Shown here piece after piece: positions 46,813-55,642 of a stretch of DNA of 64,000 bases. The notes under the pieces were generated by a model, which worked only from the letters and a program-made list of their open reading frames with translations, was not told where the DNA came from and did not search any database. The DNA is from Polyangiaceae bacterium. GTDB taxonomy: Bacteria; Myxococcota_A; Polyangia; Polyangiales; Polyangiaceae. Each line of letters starts with the position of its first letter. Position 1 is the first letter of the stretch. Where the stretch lies: positions 128,001-192,000 of the forward strand of contig JBILLK010000020.1 of NCBI GenBank assembly GCA_044376115.1, read 5' to 3'. The translations under genes were made by a program, and so were the position numbers.

Positions 46813-48069
46813 CTACGGAGTAGGACCCGACGCCGACAGTCGGGCCGTGACCCGCGGATCATCCTTGCGGAATATCACAGTAAAAATAACGAACACGGTC
46901 CAAAGCACCAAGAAGTGCAAGAGCATGGCCCGCCCGCTCAACTCTGCGAAGAGCGCCCCAGCAATTGGCGGCCCGACCAACATGCCCAAGGCGTACGCTG
47001 CATTGTAGAGCCCACCCGCCCGTGAAAGGTCCGCCGCAGGAATCACCGTTCCTTGAAGTGCGAGCGAGACTGGCGAAACCGACGCCAAGGAGGCGCCTGC
47101 GATGAAGGCCGCCAAGAAGACGAGGCCCACCGCTTTCACAAACAGGAAGCCAACGATCGACATGACGCCGACACTGCCGAGCACCCGCATCAGGAACAGG
47201 TGACCGTGCTCATCGCCGAGTCGGGCAGCGGTGTTGGCGAACAAGAGCATACCCGCGGCAAAGAACGCCGGGGCCACGATGGTCTGCATCTCGGTCAGGC
47301 CTTGCTCCTTGAGATACAGCGGTAAGAAGAGCACCAGGCTGGCCTGAAAGTAGCCGTAGGAAAAGGTGGCGAGGCAACACATCTTGATGCGCCAAGCAAT
47401 CGTACTCAGCGCAAGTTTGCTTTCGACAGCGGGGCCCTGATCCGCGGGTTCCTCTGTGATGCCGTCATTCGCGAGCTTGGCATCCAACTTGAGCAGCACG
47501 AACAGCGCAGTGACCGTCGAAAGCACGCCCGCTGCGACGAACGACGCAGACTTATTGGCGACTGCGACCACGACCGTCGAGACCAGTGGCCCAACCACAT
47601 AGCCGAGGGCCAGTGCGATCGCGTAAAGGCTCATGTACCAGGCCTTCTCGCTTCTCGGCGCTCTCGCCAACAATACGGTCTCGCTCGATACCCAGACACA
47701 CACCGAGAAGGCACCGTCCAAGAAACGCAAACCGGCAAAACCGGCATAGCTACTCACGAACGGAAAGAGCGCTACAGCAGCGGCATAGCCAAGCAGCGAG
47801 CCGACCAGCACACGCTTCGTCCCGAGTTTGCGGATGAGGTAGCCCGAAGGGACGGCTAGCAGCACGATGCCGAGTGCGAAGTAGATCGCCAAGCGGCCGA
47901 TCTCCTGCTTGCCGAAGTTGCGCTCCTCGAGAAAGACACTAACGAGCGAAATAGCGAGCCCGTAGGACGTGCCTAGACCAAGGATGGTGACGTACACCGC
48001 ACGAATCGCGGGGTCTTTGACGCTGGCCAGCCGACTAAGGAAGCCGGCCGAGTGAACGGCCGCAGTCAT
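46813..48069 (-). CDS. MFS transporter
   Basis: About 12 TM segments; GYLIRKLGTKR and ARLGDEHG motif-A-like loops. Confidence 0.88.
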   Translation of the reverse strand: MTAAVHSAGFLSRLASVKDPAIRAVYVTILGLGTSYGLAISLVSVFLEERNFGKQEIGRLAIYFALGIVLLAVPSGYLIRKLGTKRVLVGSLLGYAAAVALFPFVSSYAGFAGLRFLDGAFSVCVWVSSETVLLARAPRSEKAWYMSLYAIALALGYVVGPLVSTVVVAVANKSASFVAAGVLSTVTALFVLLKLDAKLANDGITEEPADQGPAVESKLALSTIAWRIKMCCLATFSYGYFQASLVLFLPLYLKEQGLTEMQTIVAPAFFAAGMLLFANTAARLGDEHGHLFLMRVLGSVGVMSIVGFLFVKAVGLVFLAAFIAGASLASVSPVSLALQGTVIPAADLSRAGGLYNAAYALGMLVGPPIAGALFAELSGRAMLLHFLVLWTVFVIFTVIFRKDDPRVTARLSASGPTP

Positions 48070-48410
48070 TGGCTCTCAACGGCGGGCGACGTCTCTCGAA
48101 CGATCCATTCGAGGTAGGTTGCATTGCCGGCATCCGGCTCCACAGGCAGCACCAACACCTCCGGAACCGAATAGGGGTGCAAGCTCTTCACGAGCTCGGT
48201 CAAGCTCGCAACAAGGCTGGTGCGAGTCTTGATCAACATCGTCACTTCTTGATCTTCGGTGAGCTTCCCTTCCCAGACGTAAAAGCTCTTTACGCCTGGG
48301 AGCAAGTTCACGCACGCCGCCAATCGGCGTTCGACCAGCGTCCGAGCGATGCGGTCGGCGTCGCCCGGAGGAGCATTCACAATCACCAGCGAGAGGGCAA
48401 TTTTCTCCAT
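48066..48410 (-). CDS. cutA: Divalent-cation tolerance protein CutA
   Basis: LVERRLAACVN, SFYVWEG, HPYSVPEVL, YLEW. Confidence 0.92.
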   Translation of the reverse strand: MEKIALSLVIVNAPPGDADRIARTLVERRLAACVNLLPGVKSFYVWEGKLTEDQEVTMLIKTRTSLVASLTELVKSLHPYSVPEVLVLPVEPDAGNATYLEWIVRETSPAVESQ

Positions 48411-48426
48411 GCGGTCGGCAGCGCCG

Positions 48427-48879
48427 TCACCAAGCAGCGGCCTTCTGCGCCGAGCGCACGAGCTCGACAGCGCGACGCCCCACGTACTCCTCGACATCGG
48501 CAGCCGCGATGTGACGATCGCGCGCAAAGTCGAACTCGCGAGGTTTTCCCTCGAGATAGCTGACCTTGACGATCGCGGTCGATCGATCGAGCTCCACAGC
48601 AAGCGTTAGACTGCCCAGCGTCAGTCGAACGAGCTTTGTCCTCGATCCTCCGCCTTCGTCAGCGGCGGCCTCGACCTGTTCTTCGTGAAGCGCAGCCGCC
48701 TGTCCCTTCTCGCAGATGCGTTCACACGCGAAACGCAGGGCATCGGAGGCTAGCGTGACAGCCCCCTCCGCACTCGATAGCGCCTCGAGCACCCGTTGAC
48801 GCTGCTTCGCAGCCTCCTCGGCTTCCCGTTCGCTTTTTGTTTTTACAGCTTCTATGAGCTCATCTCGCCAATTCGGCAC
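48427..48879 (-). CDS. Hypothetical protein
   Basis: Fills the operon gap between the HEAT gene and cutA; GAGG SD upstream. Confidence 0.6.
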   Translation of the reverse strand: MPNWRDELIEAVKTKSEREAEEAAKQRQRVLEALSSAEGAVTLASDALRFACERICEKGQAAALHEEQVEAAADEGGGSRTKLVRLTLGSLTLAVELDRSTAIVKVSYLEGKPREFDFARDRHIAAADVEEYVGRRAVELVRSAQKAAAW

Positions 48880-48891
48880 GGGTACCTCTTT

Positions 48892-51489
48892 TCAGTCAGC
48901 GCTCTTCATTTTCGCCTTCTGCTCAGTCTGCAGAGAGGACAGATCCTCACCGGCGGGATCCTTCGGATTCATGAGTTCGAAGAAGGCTTTCCGCGCCAGC
49001 TCACCGGTCAGACCTTGTTCGGTCTTCAGCGCCATCAACGTCCCCTGCTCCTTCATGAACTTGAGGGTCCGGATCGCGTGGACCTTCGTCTTGTCGTCCC
49101 CTTCGCGGGCTGCCTTCAGCAGCCGGTGTCGGAGCACGATGCGAGTTTCGGAGTGGGGACCGTTGTCGAACTTCAGGTTGTCGAACTGAGCCTGCAACCG
49201 CTCGATGCCCCACGCTTGCGGTGCGCCGAAGATCTTTACGCGGGCGATCGCCTCAGCGTTCTCAACCCATCGGTAGATGTTGCCGACGCGAAAGTCTTCA
49301 TCGCTCCAAAAGCCGAAAGCGCGGAAGTAGGCGTCCTTCAGATCGACGAGCGCCTCCTTGTTGAGGTCGCCGTAGCTGGCCACGGCTCGGCTCGCCGTGG
49401 ACGTATCACCGCCGAGAATGAGAGCAAGGGCGGCGGCGTTGCGGGTCTCAGCCACCTTCAGCTTCTCGAACAGCTTGTCGCGATTGGCGTCGGTGAGCGG
49501 AGTTGCACCGATGGCTTGAGCGAACACGTTGCGCAGCTGCGGATCCATCTCGGGGGTGATCAGTTCAACGAGCTCACCAGCCACTTCGGGCACCGGCCGA
49601 AGCGACAGCGTCGTCGCGTAGCAAGCACCAATCAGCTGCTTACGCGGGTTCGTCTTCTCGCTGCCAAACTTGACTGCGCGCTTCGCAATCTCCTTCATGT
49701 CCTCAGGCGTTGCACACCACGCCAAACCTTCACAGGCCGCGAGGCGCGCCTCTTCATGCCACTTCTCGTCCTCGATAAGCTCCATCATCGGCTTGACGGC
49801 TCGCTTGTCGCCCCATTCGCCGAGGCCTTGAGATGCGCCGACCGCAACCGCGCGAAGAGACATACCAAGCATTGAAAGCCCGGCGCCCATCATGCCCTCG
49901 AGCGTGATGTCCATCTTCTTGTCCTTCTTACGCTCGAACTGCTTGAGCAGCTTGTCGTAGGAGGGCTCGTCTTTCATGCGACCGAGGTAGCGCAACGCGC
50001 TCTGCGCCACGGTGAACGCTGCGGGGAACTCACCGCTCGCGCCTTCTTTCGGCAGCGGATCGGTGGGGAACGCCCACTCTCGCATCTTGGGCAAGGCCTC
50101 CGAGCTGTTGATGTTCGCGAGGAAACGCAGCCCGTTAGCGTGAGGTTGCGGCTTATCGGTGATGTACTTGAGCACGGCTGCTTCAGCGACGAGCAGCTCC
50201 TCGCGCTTCTCAGGCCGAATGACCGCGAGGTCAGCGAGCATACGCATCGCCCATACGCGATGGTCCTCGGTGCGCGATAGGTGCCCACCAGGGCCCGCCT
50301 GCCAAAACTTCTCCTTGATGTAGAACTTGGTCGGATCGATGTCCATGCGCTCAGCAAGGAACTTTGCTCCGCGAACGTCTCCCACCTCAGCGAGCCGCAT
50401 TCCGGCCTCGCTCCGCCAATGGGGCGAAGGATTCGTCTCCTCTACCCACTTGATCAGCGCATCGCCCGCTCGCGGGTCCCCAAGCTGCTCGAGCAACTTG
50501 AAGATCTGATCCGTCTGGAACCAATTGCGCTCCTCCGGCTCTTTGGCCACCGAGCGCAGCGCGAGCACGAGACCCTCGCCACCGATGCCATCACGCAGTG
50601 CCTCAATGAACTTTTGGCGCTTGTTGGGCTCGGCTTCAGCGAGCTTCTTGAGCAATGGTTCTCGGGCTTTTTCGTCTGCAATTTTGCCAAGCCCGTTGGC
50701 CGCCTGGCCGGCTACTTCGATCTCCGAGTCGTTGACCAACGTGATGAGTACGTCGGTGAACTTCGGCTCTGCGTTCTTGGCGATCACGGTTGCCACGAGC
50801 TGTCGCACGGCCTGACTCTTGTCTCCCGCGAGCTTGGTCAAGTCATCCAGCGAGACGAGCCCGGCCATCAGCTCAGGATCGAAGGCGGCTCCACCGCCGA
50901 GGCGTTGCACCTTGGACAGCTTCCCGTCGCGGTAGAGAGCCATCGCCTCTTCGAACACGCTCGACTCTTTCAGCGTGACCAGCGCCCAAACGAGCTGCGG
51001 CTTGTCGCTCTCGTCAGCCTCTTTCAGCGCGGCAAGCAACGCAGGCTTGGCCTCATCCGCCTTGGGCGATCCGAAGCTTGCCAGTACCTGTGCGGCAACC
51101 CCGTTGATCCGGTGGTTCTTTCGAGCAAGAGCGTTGGTCGACAGTTTGATGGCCTGATCATCCTTGAGTAGGCCAAGCTGGATCAAAGACTCCTGCACCA
51201 GGGTCTCGTCCTCGTGCTCCGCCCAGCTTCTCCACTTCGGCAGCTGGTCCGCCTCCGGGAGCACGAACGTGTCCTGCATTTGCCGGGCGATCTGCTCGGG
51301 CAAAAGGCGCTGTTGGTCCTTCTTGATGCCGAAGTAGATCGCGGCCCCCCCACCAACCACCGCAACCAGAGCCAGCGCGATTACGATTGGGTTGAACCGT
51401 CCGCGCTTGAAGTTGCCGTCTTCTGCGACCTGGGCCTGCGGGGAAGGGGCCATCTGAAGCTGATTGTCATCCGGGGGAAACTTGGCCAT
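48892..51489 (-). CDS. Membrane-anchored HEAT-repeat protein
   Basis: Single N-terminal TM (IVIALALVAVVGGG), then repeats such as DKSQAVRQLVA, LGKIADEKAREPL, LGEWGDKRAVKPM. Confidence 0.8.
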   Translation of the reverse strand: MAKFPPDDNQLQMAPSPQAQVAEDGNFKRGRFNPIVIALALVAVVGGGAAIYFGIKKDQQRLLPEQIARQMQDTFVLPEADQLPKWRSWAEHEDETLVQESLIQLGLLKDDQAIKLSTNALARKNHRINGVAAQVLASFGSPKADEAKPALLAALKEADESDKPQLVWALVTLKESSVFEEAMALYRDGKLSKVQRLGGGAAFDPELMAGLVSLDDLTKLAGDKSQAVRQLVATVIAKNAEPKFTDVLITLVNDSEIEVAGQAANGLGKIADEKAREPLLKKLAEAEPNKRQKFIEALRDGIGGEGLVLALRSVAKEPEERNWFQTDQIFKLLEQLGDPRAGDALIKWVEETNPSPHWRSEAGMRLAEVGDVRGAKFLAERMDIDPTKFYIKEKFWQAGPGGHLSRTEDHRVWAMRMLADLAVIRPEKREELLVAEAAVLKYITDKPQPHANGLRFLANINSSEALPKMREWAFPTDPLPKEGASGEFPAAFTVAQSALRYLGRMKDEPSYDKLLKQFERKKDKKMDITLEGMMGAGLSMLGMSLRAVAVGASQGLGEWGDKRAVKPMMELIEDEKWHEEARLAACEGLAWCATPEDMKEIAKRAVKFGSEKTNPRKQLIGACYATTLSLRPVPEVAGELVELITPEMDPQLRNVFAQAIGATPLTDANRDKLFEKLKVAETRNAAALALILGGDTSTASRAVASYGDLNKEALVDLKDAYFRAFGFWSDEDFRVGNIYRWVENAEAIARVKIFGAPQAWGIERLQAQFDNLKFDNGPHSETRIVLRHRLLKAAREGDDKTKVHAIRTLKFMKEQGTLMALKTEQGLTGELARKAFFELMNPKDPAGEDLSSLQTEQKAKMKSAD

Positions 51490-51590
51490 GGCGCGAGCGA
51501 CGCTACATGAGGGGCCACCGAGCCGCAAACCCCAGAACCACGCTTTTGCACTCTTGTTGCTGCATTGGGCGGATGGTTTAGGCTTGCTTC

Positions 51591-52196
51591 ATGTCCAAGT
51601 CTGGTGCTCCGGCCAAAGCCGTAGGTTCTTCGGGCGGAGCGAACTTCGTTGCCATCGCCGTGGTGCTCGCCGCGGCCTGCATTCTCGGTCTCACGGTTCT
51701 ACCCCGGTTGAGTTTTTCCAGCTCGAGCGATCCGTCAAAGCGGGAGACCGCCCCGCCCTTCGCGCTGCCGGTCATCCACGATAGCGGAGTCGAGACCGCG
51801 GTGAGCGCACCGGGCCGCGCGCCAGCTGCCCAGCTCTCCCTGGCCGACCTCAAAGGGCAACCAGTCATTCTCGATTTTTGGGCGACATGGTGTGGCCCTT
51901 GCCAAATGCAGACCCCCATCCTCGACCGGGTGGCCCGCCGATATCAGGACAAAGGTCTGAAAGTGATCGGCGTCAATGTCTTCGACGACGACCACTCCGC
52001 TGCGCGCAACTACGCCAAGGCGAAGAACCTCTCCTACCCAATCGTGGTGGACGACAAAGGCATGGTCCAACGGGATTATGCAGTAAACAACCTCCCCAGC
52101 CTGATTCTCGTGGACCGTGAGGGGCGCATTGCGCGCATATCGCGCGGGCTCGTCGACGAAGCCACGCTCGACAAGATGGTTCACGACATTCTTTGA
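51591..52196 (+). CDS. TlpA-family thiol:disulfide oxidoreductase
   Basis: N-terminal TM; DFWATWCGPC; LPSLILVDREG. Confidence 0.92.
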   Translation: MSKSGAPAKAVGSSGGANFVAIAVVLAAACILGLTVLPRLSFSSSSDPSKRETAPPFALPVIHDSGVETAVSAPGRAPAAQLSLADLKGQPVILDFWATWCGPCQMQTPILDRVARRYQDKGLKVIGVNVFDDDHSAARNYAKAKNLSYPIVVDDKGMVQRDYAVNNLPSLILVDREGRIARISRGLVDEATLDKMVHDIL

Positions 52197-52199
52197 CCG

Positions 52200-52958
52200 T
52201 CAGGCGCGTGGCAGCTCGCTTGCCCACGCAACCGCTTCACGCAGACGCGGGCCCGCGTCCGCCGGCAACTCGTGAAAGACCTTTCCCAGCGGCACGAAGC
52301 GCGCCTCAATACCGTTTAGGGCGAGCTTGTCCCGAGCCCGCTTCATGGCCTTGAACGAGGAATCGTATTCACCTGCGGCTAACACGACTCGCCTTATGCC
52401 TGCGGCTTTCAAGGCTGGGACATCGAGCGTAATGCTGGCCCCGATCAACACCAGAGCGGAGTAGCGCCCAGGTCGCGCGAGCGCGACGTCCCGTGCAACG
52501 AAAGCACCACGCGAGAAGCCGACCAAAAGGTTGTCGCCATTGGACGACGATTCGGCGGTCCGTGTGGGGAGGAGTTGTTCGATATGGGCGGCCTTGTCTT
52601 CACCGTCGCCACGCCAATCAAAGCCACCTCCGACGCACTCGAAGTTGCCCGAGGCACATTGAAGCTCAACGCCTTGGGGCAGTGCCGCCGCTAAACGCTC
52701 ACAGGTGTTTTGAGGGTCGCAGCAAGCGCCGTGCATTACCAAGGCGTGCGGAGTCGGGACTGGGACAGGGACATGCACGCTCGGAGCTTCCCTACCTACC
52801 GAAGGGCCCCGAGCAACCTCGTGCAGCCGGCTCACTTGGAGCATCGGGCTCAGAGCCACTGTCTGGCCCTCGTTCGCCCTAGCGTGACCCGCTTCGGAAA
52901 ACAGGACGAACGTAACCACAAACGCAACCGCGGTCGCGCTGAGAGCCAGCCGAATCAT
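52200..52958 (-). CDS. Secreted alpha/beta-hydrolase (esterase-like)
   Basis: Signal peptide; LVMHG, VGFSRGA nucleophile elbow, AGEYD, C-terminal His. Confidence 0.7.
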   Translation of the reverse strand: MIRLALSATAVAFVVTFVLFSEAGHARANEGQTVALSPMLQVSRLHEVARGPSVGREAPSVHVPVPVPTPHALVMHGACCDPQNTCERLAAALPQGVELQCASGNFECVGGGFDWRGDGEDKAAHIEQLLPTRTAESSSNGDNLLVGFSRGAFVARDVALARPGRYSALVLIGASITLDVPALKAAGIRRVVLAAGEYDSSFKAMKRARDKLALNGIEARFVPLGKVFHELPADAGPRLREAVAWASELPRA

Positions 52959-53147
52959 GGAGTTCCTCCGTGCGGAAGTGCGGCAGCCGCGGACGGATCC
53001 GTCCGCTCTCTGCCGCGCCGGGCCGAGCGTTCGAGGCGACCACGCACCTCGAGCCGTGAGCATCAAAGCCCCGCGTACAGGCCGACGTTCGACCGCTCCG
53101 CGCTGCTTCAATCGGTCATCGCACCGGGCCCGTGGAGTGTGACGAGC

Positions 53148-53169
53148 CCCTCGCGAAAAGTCGCGAGGG
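53148..53169. promoter_or_regulatory. Perfect inverted repeat in divergent intergenic region
   Basis: CCCTCGCGA-AAAG-TCGCGAGGG. Confidence 0.4.
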
Positions 53170-53266
53170 ACGATCTAAAGTGGGATTTGGCCGTTCTTGG
53201 AGCGCAGTTTCGTTTCCCTCGCTTCACAGCTCCACCAACGGTGGAAAGAACTGCTAGGAAGCTCGC

Positions 53267-54355
53267 ATGAACTCAGACGTTCGGATCCTCATCCTGGCAG
53301 GCGGTGCAGGTACTCGCTTTTGGCCCGCTTCCCGAGCAGCGATTCCCAAACAGCTGCTGGCGCTTTCGGGTCAGGAACCGATGATTCGGGCAACCATGCT
53401 GCGAGTGCTGCCGCTCGTCGAGCGACCTGAGAACATCTTCATCGCCACCGGCAAAGCAACCGAGCAAGCCACACGCGAGCTCGTGCCTGAAGTGCCGGCG
53501 GAGAACTTCCTGGTCGAACCTGTCGCGCGCAACACCGCGCCATGTATCGCATGGGCCGCCGAGTTGATCGGTCGCAAGAACCCAGAGGACGTGGTGGTGG
53601 TGCTCCCAAGCGATCACCACGTCTCCGACGAGGAGGAATTTCGCAGACTGCTGGGGGTGGCTGTTGCCGCTGCGCGCGAGGGTCGCATCGTCACCATCGG
53701 GATCAAGCCCACTCGGCCCGATACTGGGTTTGGCTATATTCAGCTCGAACAGTCAGCGCGGTTTTCATCGGGAGCACCCGTTGAGCCGCAAGATGTGGTT
53801 CGCTTTGTCGAGAAGCCCAATCGGGGATTGGCAGAAGAGTTCCTGCTCGGAGGCAAACATCTTTGGAACGCCGGGATGTTCATCTTCAAAGCAGGCGTGA
53901 TGATGGCTGCGGTGCGAAAGCACCTGCCGGACGCCGGCCCGCTGCTCGAGCGAATCACCCAAGCACCGCCCGCCGCCGCAGCAGCCGAACTCGAGCAGGC
54001 CTTTCCCTTGATGCCAGCCGTCAGCATCGATGTCGGCGTGATGGAGAGGGAACAAGGACTGCTGGTCGTGCCGGGCGATTTTGGCTGGAGCGACGTGGGC
54101 AGTTGGCAAGCGGCGTGGGAATTGGCGGACAAAACAGAGGAAGGCAACACACGGCTAGACGGGCTCGTCGCCATCGACTCCCGGGATAACCACGTAGTCC
54201 TGCGAGGGGGTAAGAGAGTCGTAGCGCTCTTGGGAGTCGAGGGGCTCGCCGTGGTGGAGACAGCCGATGCACTGCTCATCATGCCGCTCGAGAAGGCGCA
54301 GGACGTGCGCTCGATCGTCGAGGCGCTAAAGAAGTCGAACCCGGAGCTCCTATAG
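53267..54355 (+). CDS. manC: Mannose-1-phosphate guanylyltransferase (no PMI domain)
   Basis: ILAGGAGTRFWPASR...PKQ, EPVARNTAP, PSDH, FVEKP, WSDVGSW. Confidence 0.93.
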   Translation: MNSDVRILILAGGAGTRFWPASRAAIPKQLLALSGQEPMIRATMLRVLPLVERPENIFIATGKATEQATRELVPEVPAENFLVEPVARNTAPCIAWAAELIGRKNPEDVVVVLPSDHHVSDEEEFRRLLGVAVAAAREGRIVTIGIKPTRPDTGFGYIQLEQSARFSSGAPVEPQDVVRFVEKPNRGLAEEFLLGGKHLWNAGMFIFKAGVMMAAVRKHLPDAGPLLERITQAPPAAAAAELEQAFPLMPAVSIDVGVMEREQGLLVVPGDFGWSDVGSWQAAWELADKTEEGNTRLDGLVAIDSRDNHVVLRGGKRVVALLGVEGLAVVETADALLIMPLEKAQDVRSIVEALKKSNPELL

Positions 54356-54376
54356 TCCGCTGGCCACGATAACCAA

Positions 54377-55642
54377 CTAGCGGGGATGCCCCTGCTCCAC
54401 CCAACTCTCGACCAACTGAATCTCCTCAGCCGAGAGCGGTGGCAACCCAAGCGGCATCCCGCGGACCTCTCCAGCCGCACCACGTGCCTCCTCGTGTCGA
54501 GCGAGCAGCGCTTGAACCAACAGGGGCCTTCCGCTCGCCGTGGTTGTAAAGACACTTTTCCGCTCGCCGTTTCGGTCTAGCAAGCCCGAAGAAATGGACT
54601 CATAGCTAGAGAGGTCCAGCTTGCGTGGCGCAAACCCAAAACCACCCGTGTTGCCTGGACCTCCGTCTCCACGTGCGTAGTCGGGCTGGGAATGACAATG
54701 CCAACACGTCTTGTGCAGCACACGCGCCGCCACCTCCTCATAGCCTACAGGACGCTCAAGCAACGGCAGCCGCTTTAGCGGTGGTTGCGTAGGTTCTGGG
54801 AGTAGCGGTACCTCCAAGATGAAGCGTGCGAGATGATTAGCCTCTTGCTCGGACAATTGCGGATTAGGCATCGCCGCGCCGGGCTTCACCTTGTCGGGAC
54901 GGAGCAAGTAGGCCACTAAATTTTCTCGCATCACCCGCGCTCGCGCGTGACGGAGGTCGGGAGCCAAGGCCAGCTCCCGCGCAACTTCGGAGGTCCCGCC
55001 GGTAGGCCCCGCTACCCCGGCGCCGGTAAACTGGTGGCAGCTGTTGCAGGCCTTCTGCTGAAACAAGCTTCGACCCGCCTCTGCATCCCCGTGCGGTGGA
55101 TGTGCATCGACTGGGCTGATTTCAGATGCATTCCTACTCGCGAGGTAATCAACGATGGCGACAGCCTCCGGTTTGCTGATCGCCAGTCGAGGCATCGACG
55201 CCACGAGGTGCGGGCGAAGGTCAGTCGGGTGCGTCAGATATTCAGCTGCCCACTCGCGTGAGACCAAGGTCCCCAAGCCTTGAAGCGAGGGCGCGAAGCG
55301 CAGGGGGCTGACGTGCGGTCGCCAACTTAGGAGGGCATCGCGGGGAGCTGAGAAGGTTCCGTCAACGATCTCAGCGTGGCAGCGAACGCAGTGCTTTGGC
55401 GTAGGCAACGCGGGTTGGTACGTCCCTTCATGGCAACGGTTGCATTCATACTTTTCAAGCAGCGCAGGGCCCGAGAGCACCTCGACTGGAGCCGATGCCT
55501 CTGCTGACGCGGTATGCGTAGGCGCAACGGAAGCGCTGCCGTTCGCCTCGAACACGCTCTCGCGCGCGGGGTTACAAGCGAGCAGAGCGGCGCTAAGGGC
55601 GCCCAAAACCCATTGTAAGAGCCGCGGCGCGTTACCTCTCAC
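54377..55642 (-). CDS. Tetraheme c-type cytochrome lipoprotein
   Basis: CNRCH, CVRCH, CNSCH, CWHCH; MP axial-ligand motifs; lipobox LLAC; GTG overlaps upstream stop. Confidence 0.85.
   Translation of the reverse strand: MRGNAPRLLQWVLGALSAALLACNPARESVFEANGSASVAPTHTASAEASAPVEVLSGPALLEKYECNRCHEGTYQPALPTPKHCVRCHAEIVDGTFSAPRDALLSWRPHVSPLRFAPSLQGLGTLVSREWAAEYLTHPTDLRPHLVASMPRLAISKPEAVAIVDYLASRNASEISPVDAHPPHGDAEAGRSLFQQKACNSCHQFTGAGVAGPTGGTSEVARELALAPDLRHARARVMRENLVAYLLRPDKVKPGAAMPNPQLSEQEANHLARFILEVPLLPEPTQPPLKRLPLLERPVGYEEVAARVLHKTCWHCHSQPDYARGDGGPGNTGGFGFAPRKLDLSSYESISSGLLDRNGERKSVFTTTASGRPLLVQALLARHEEARGAAGEVRGMPLGLPPLSAEEIQLVESWVEQGHPR

Noticed and set aside
48796..49875. 359-aa plus-strand ORF opposite the HEAT gene
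   Set aside because: Antisense shadow of an operonic gene
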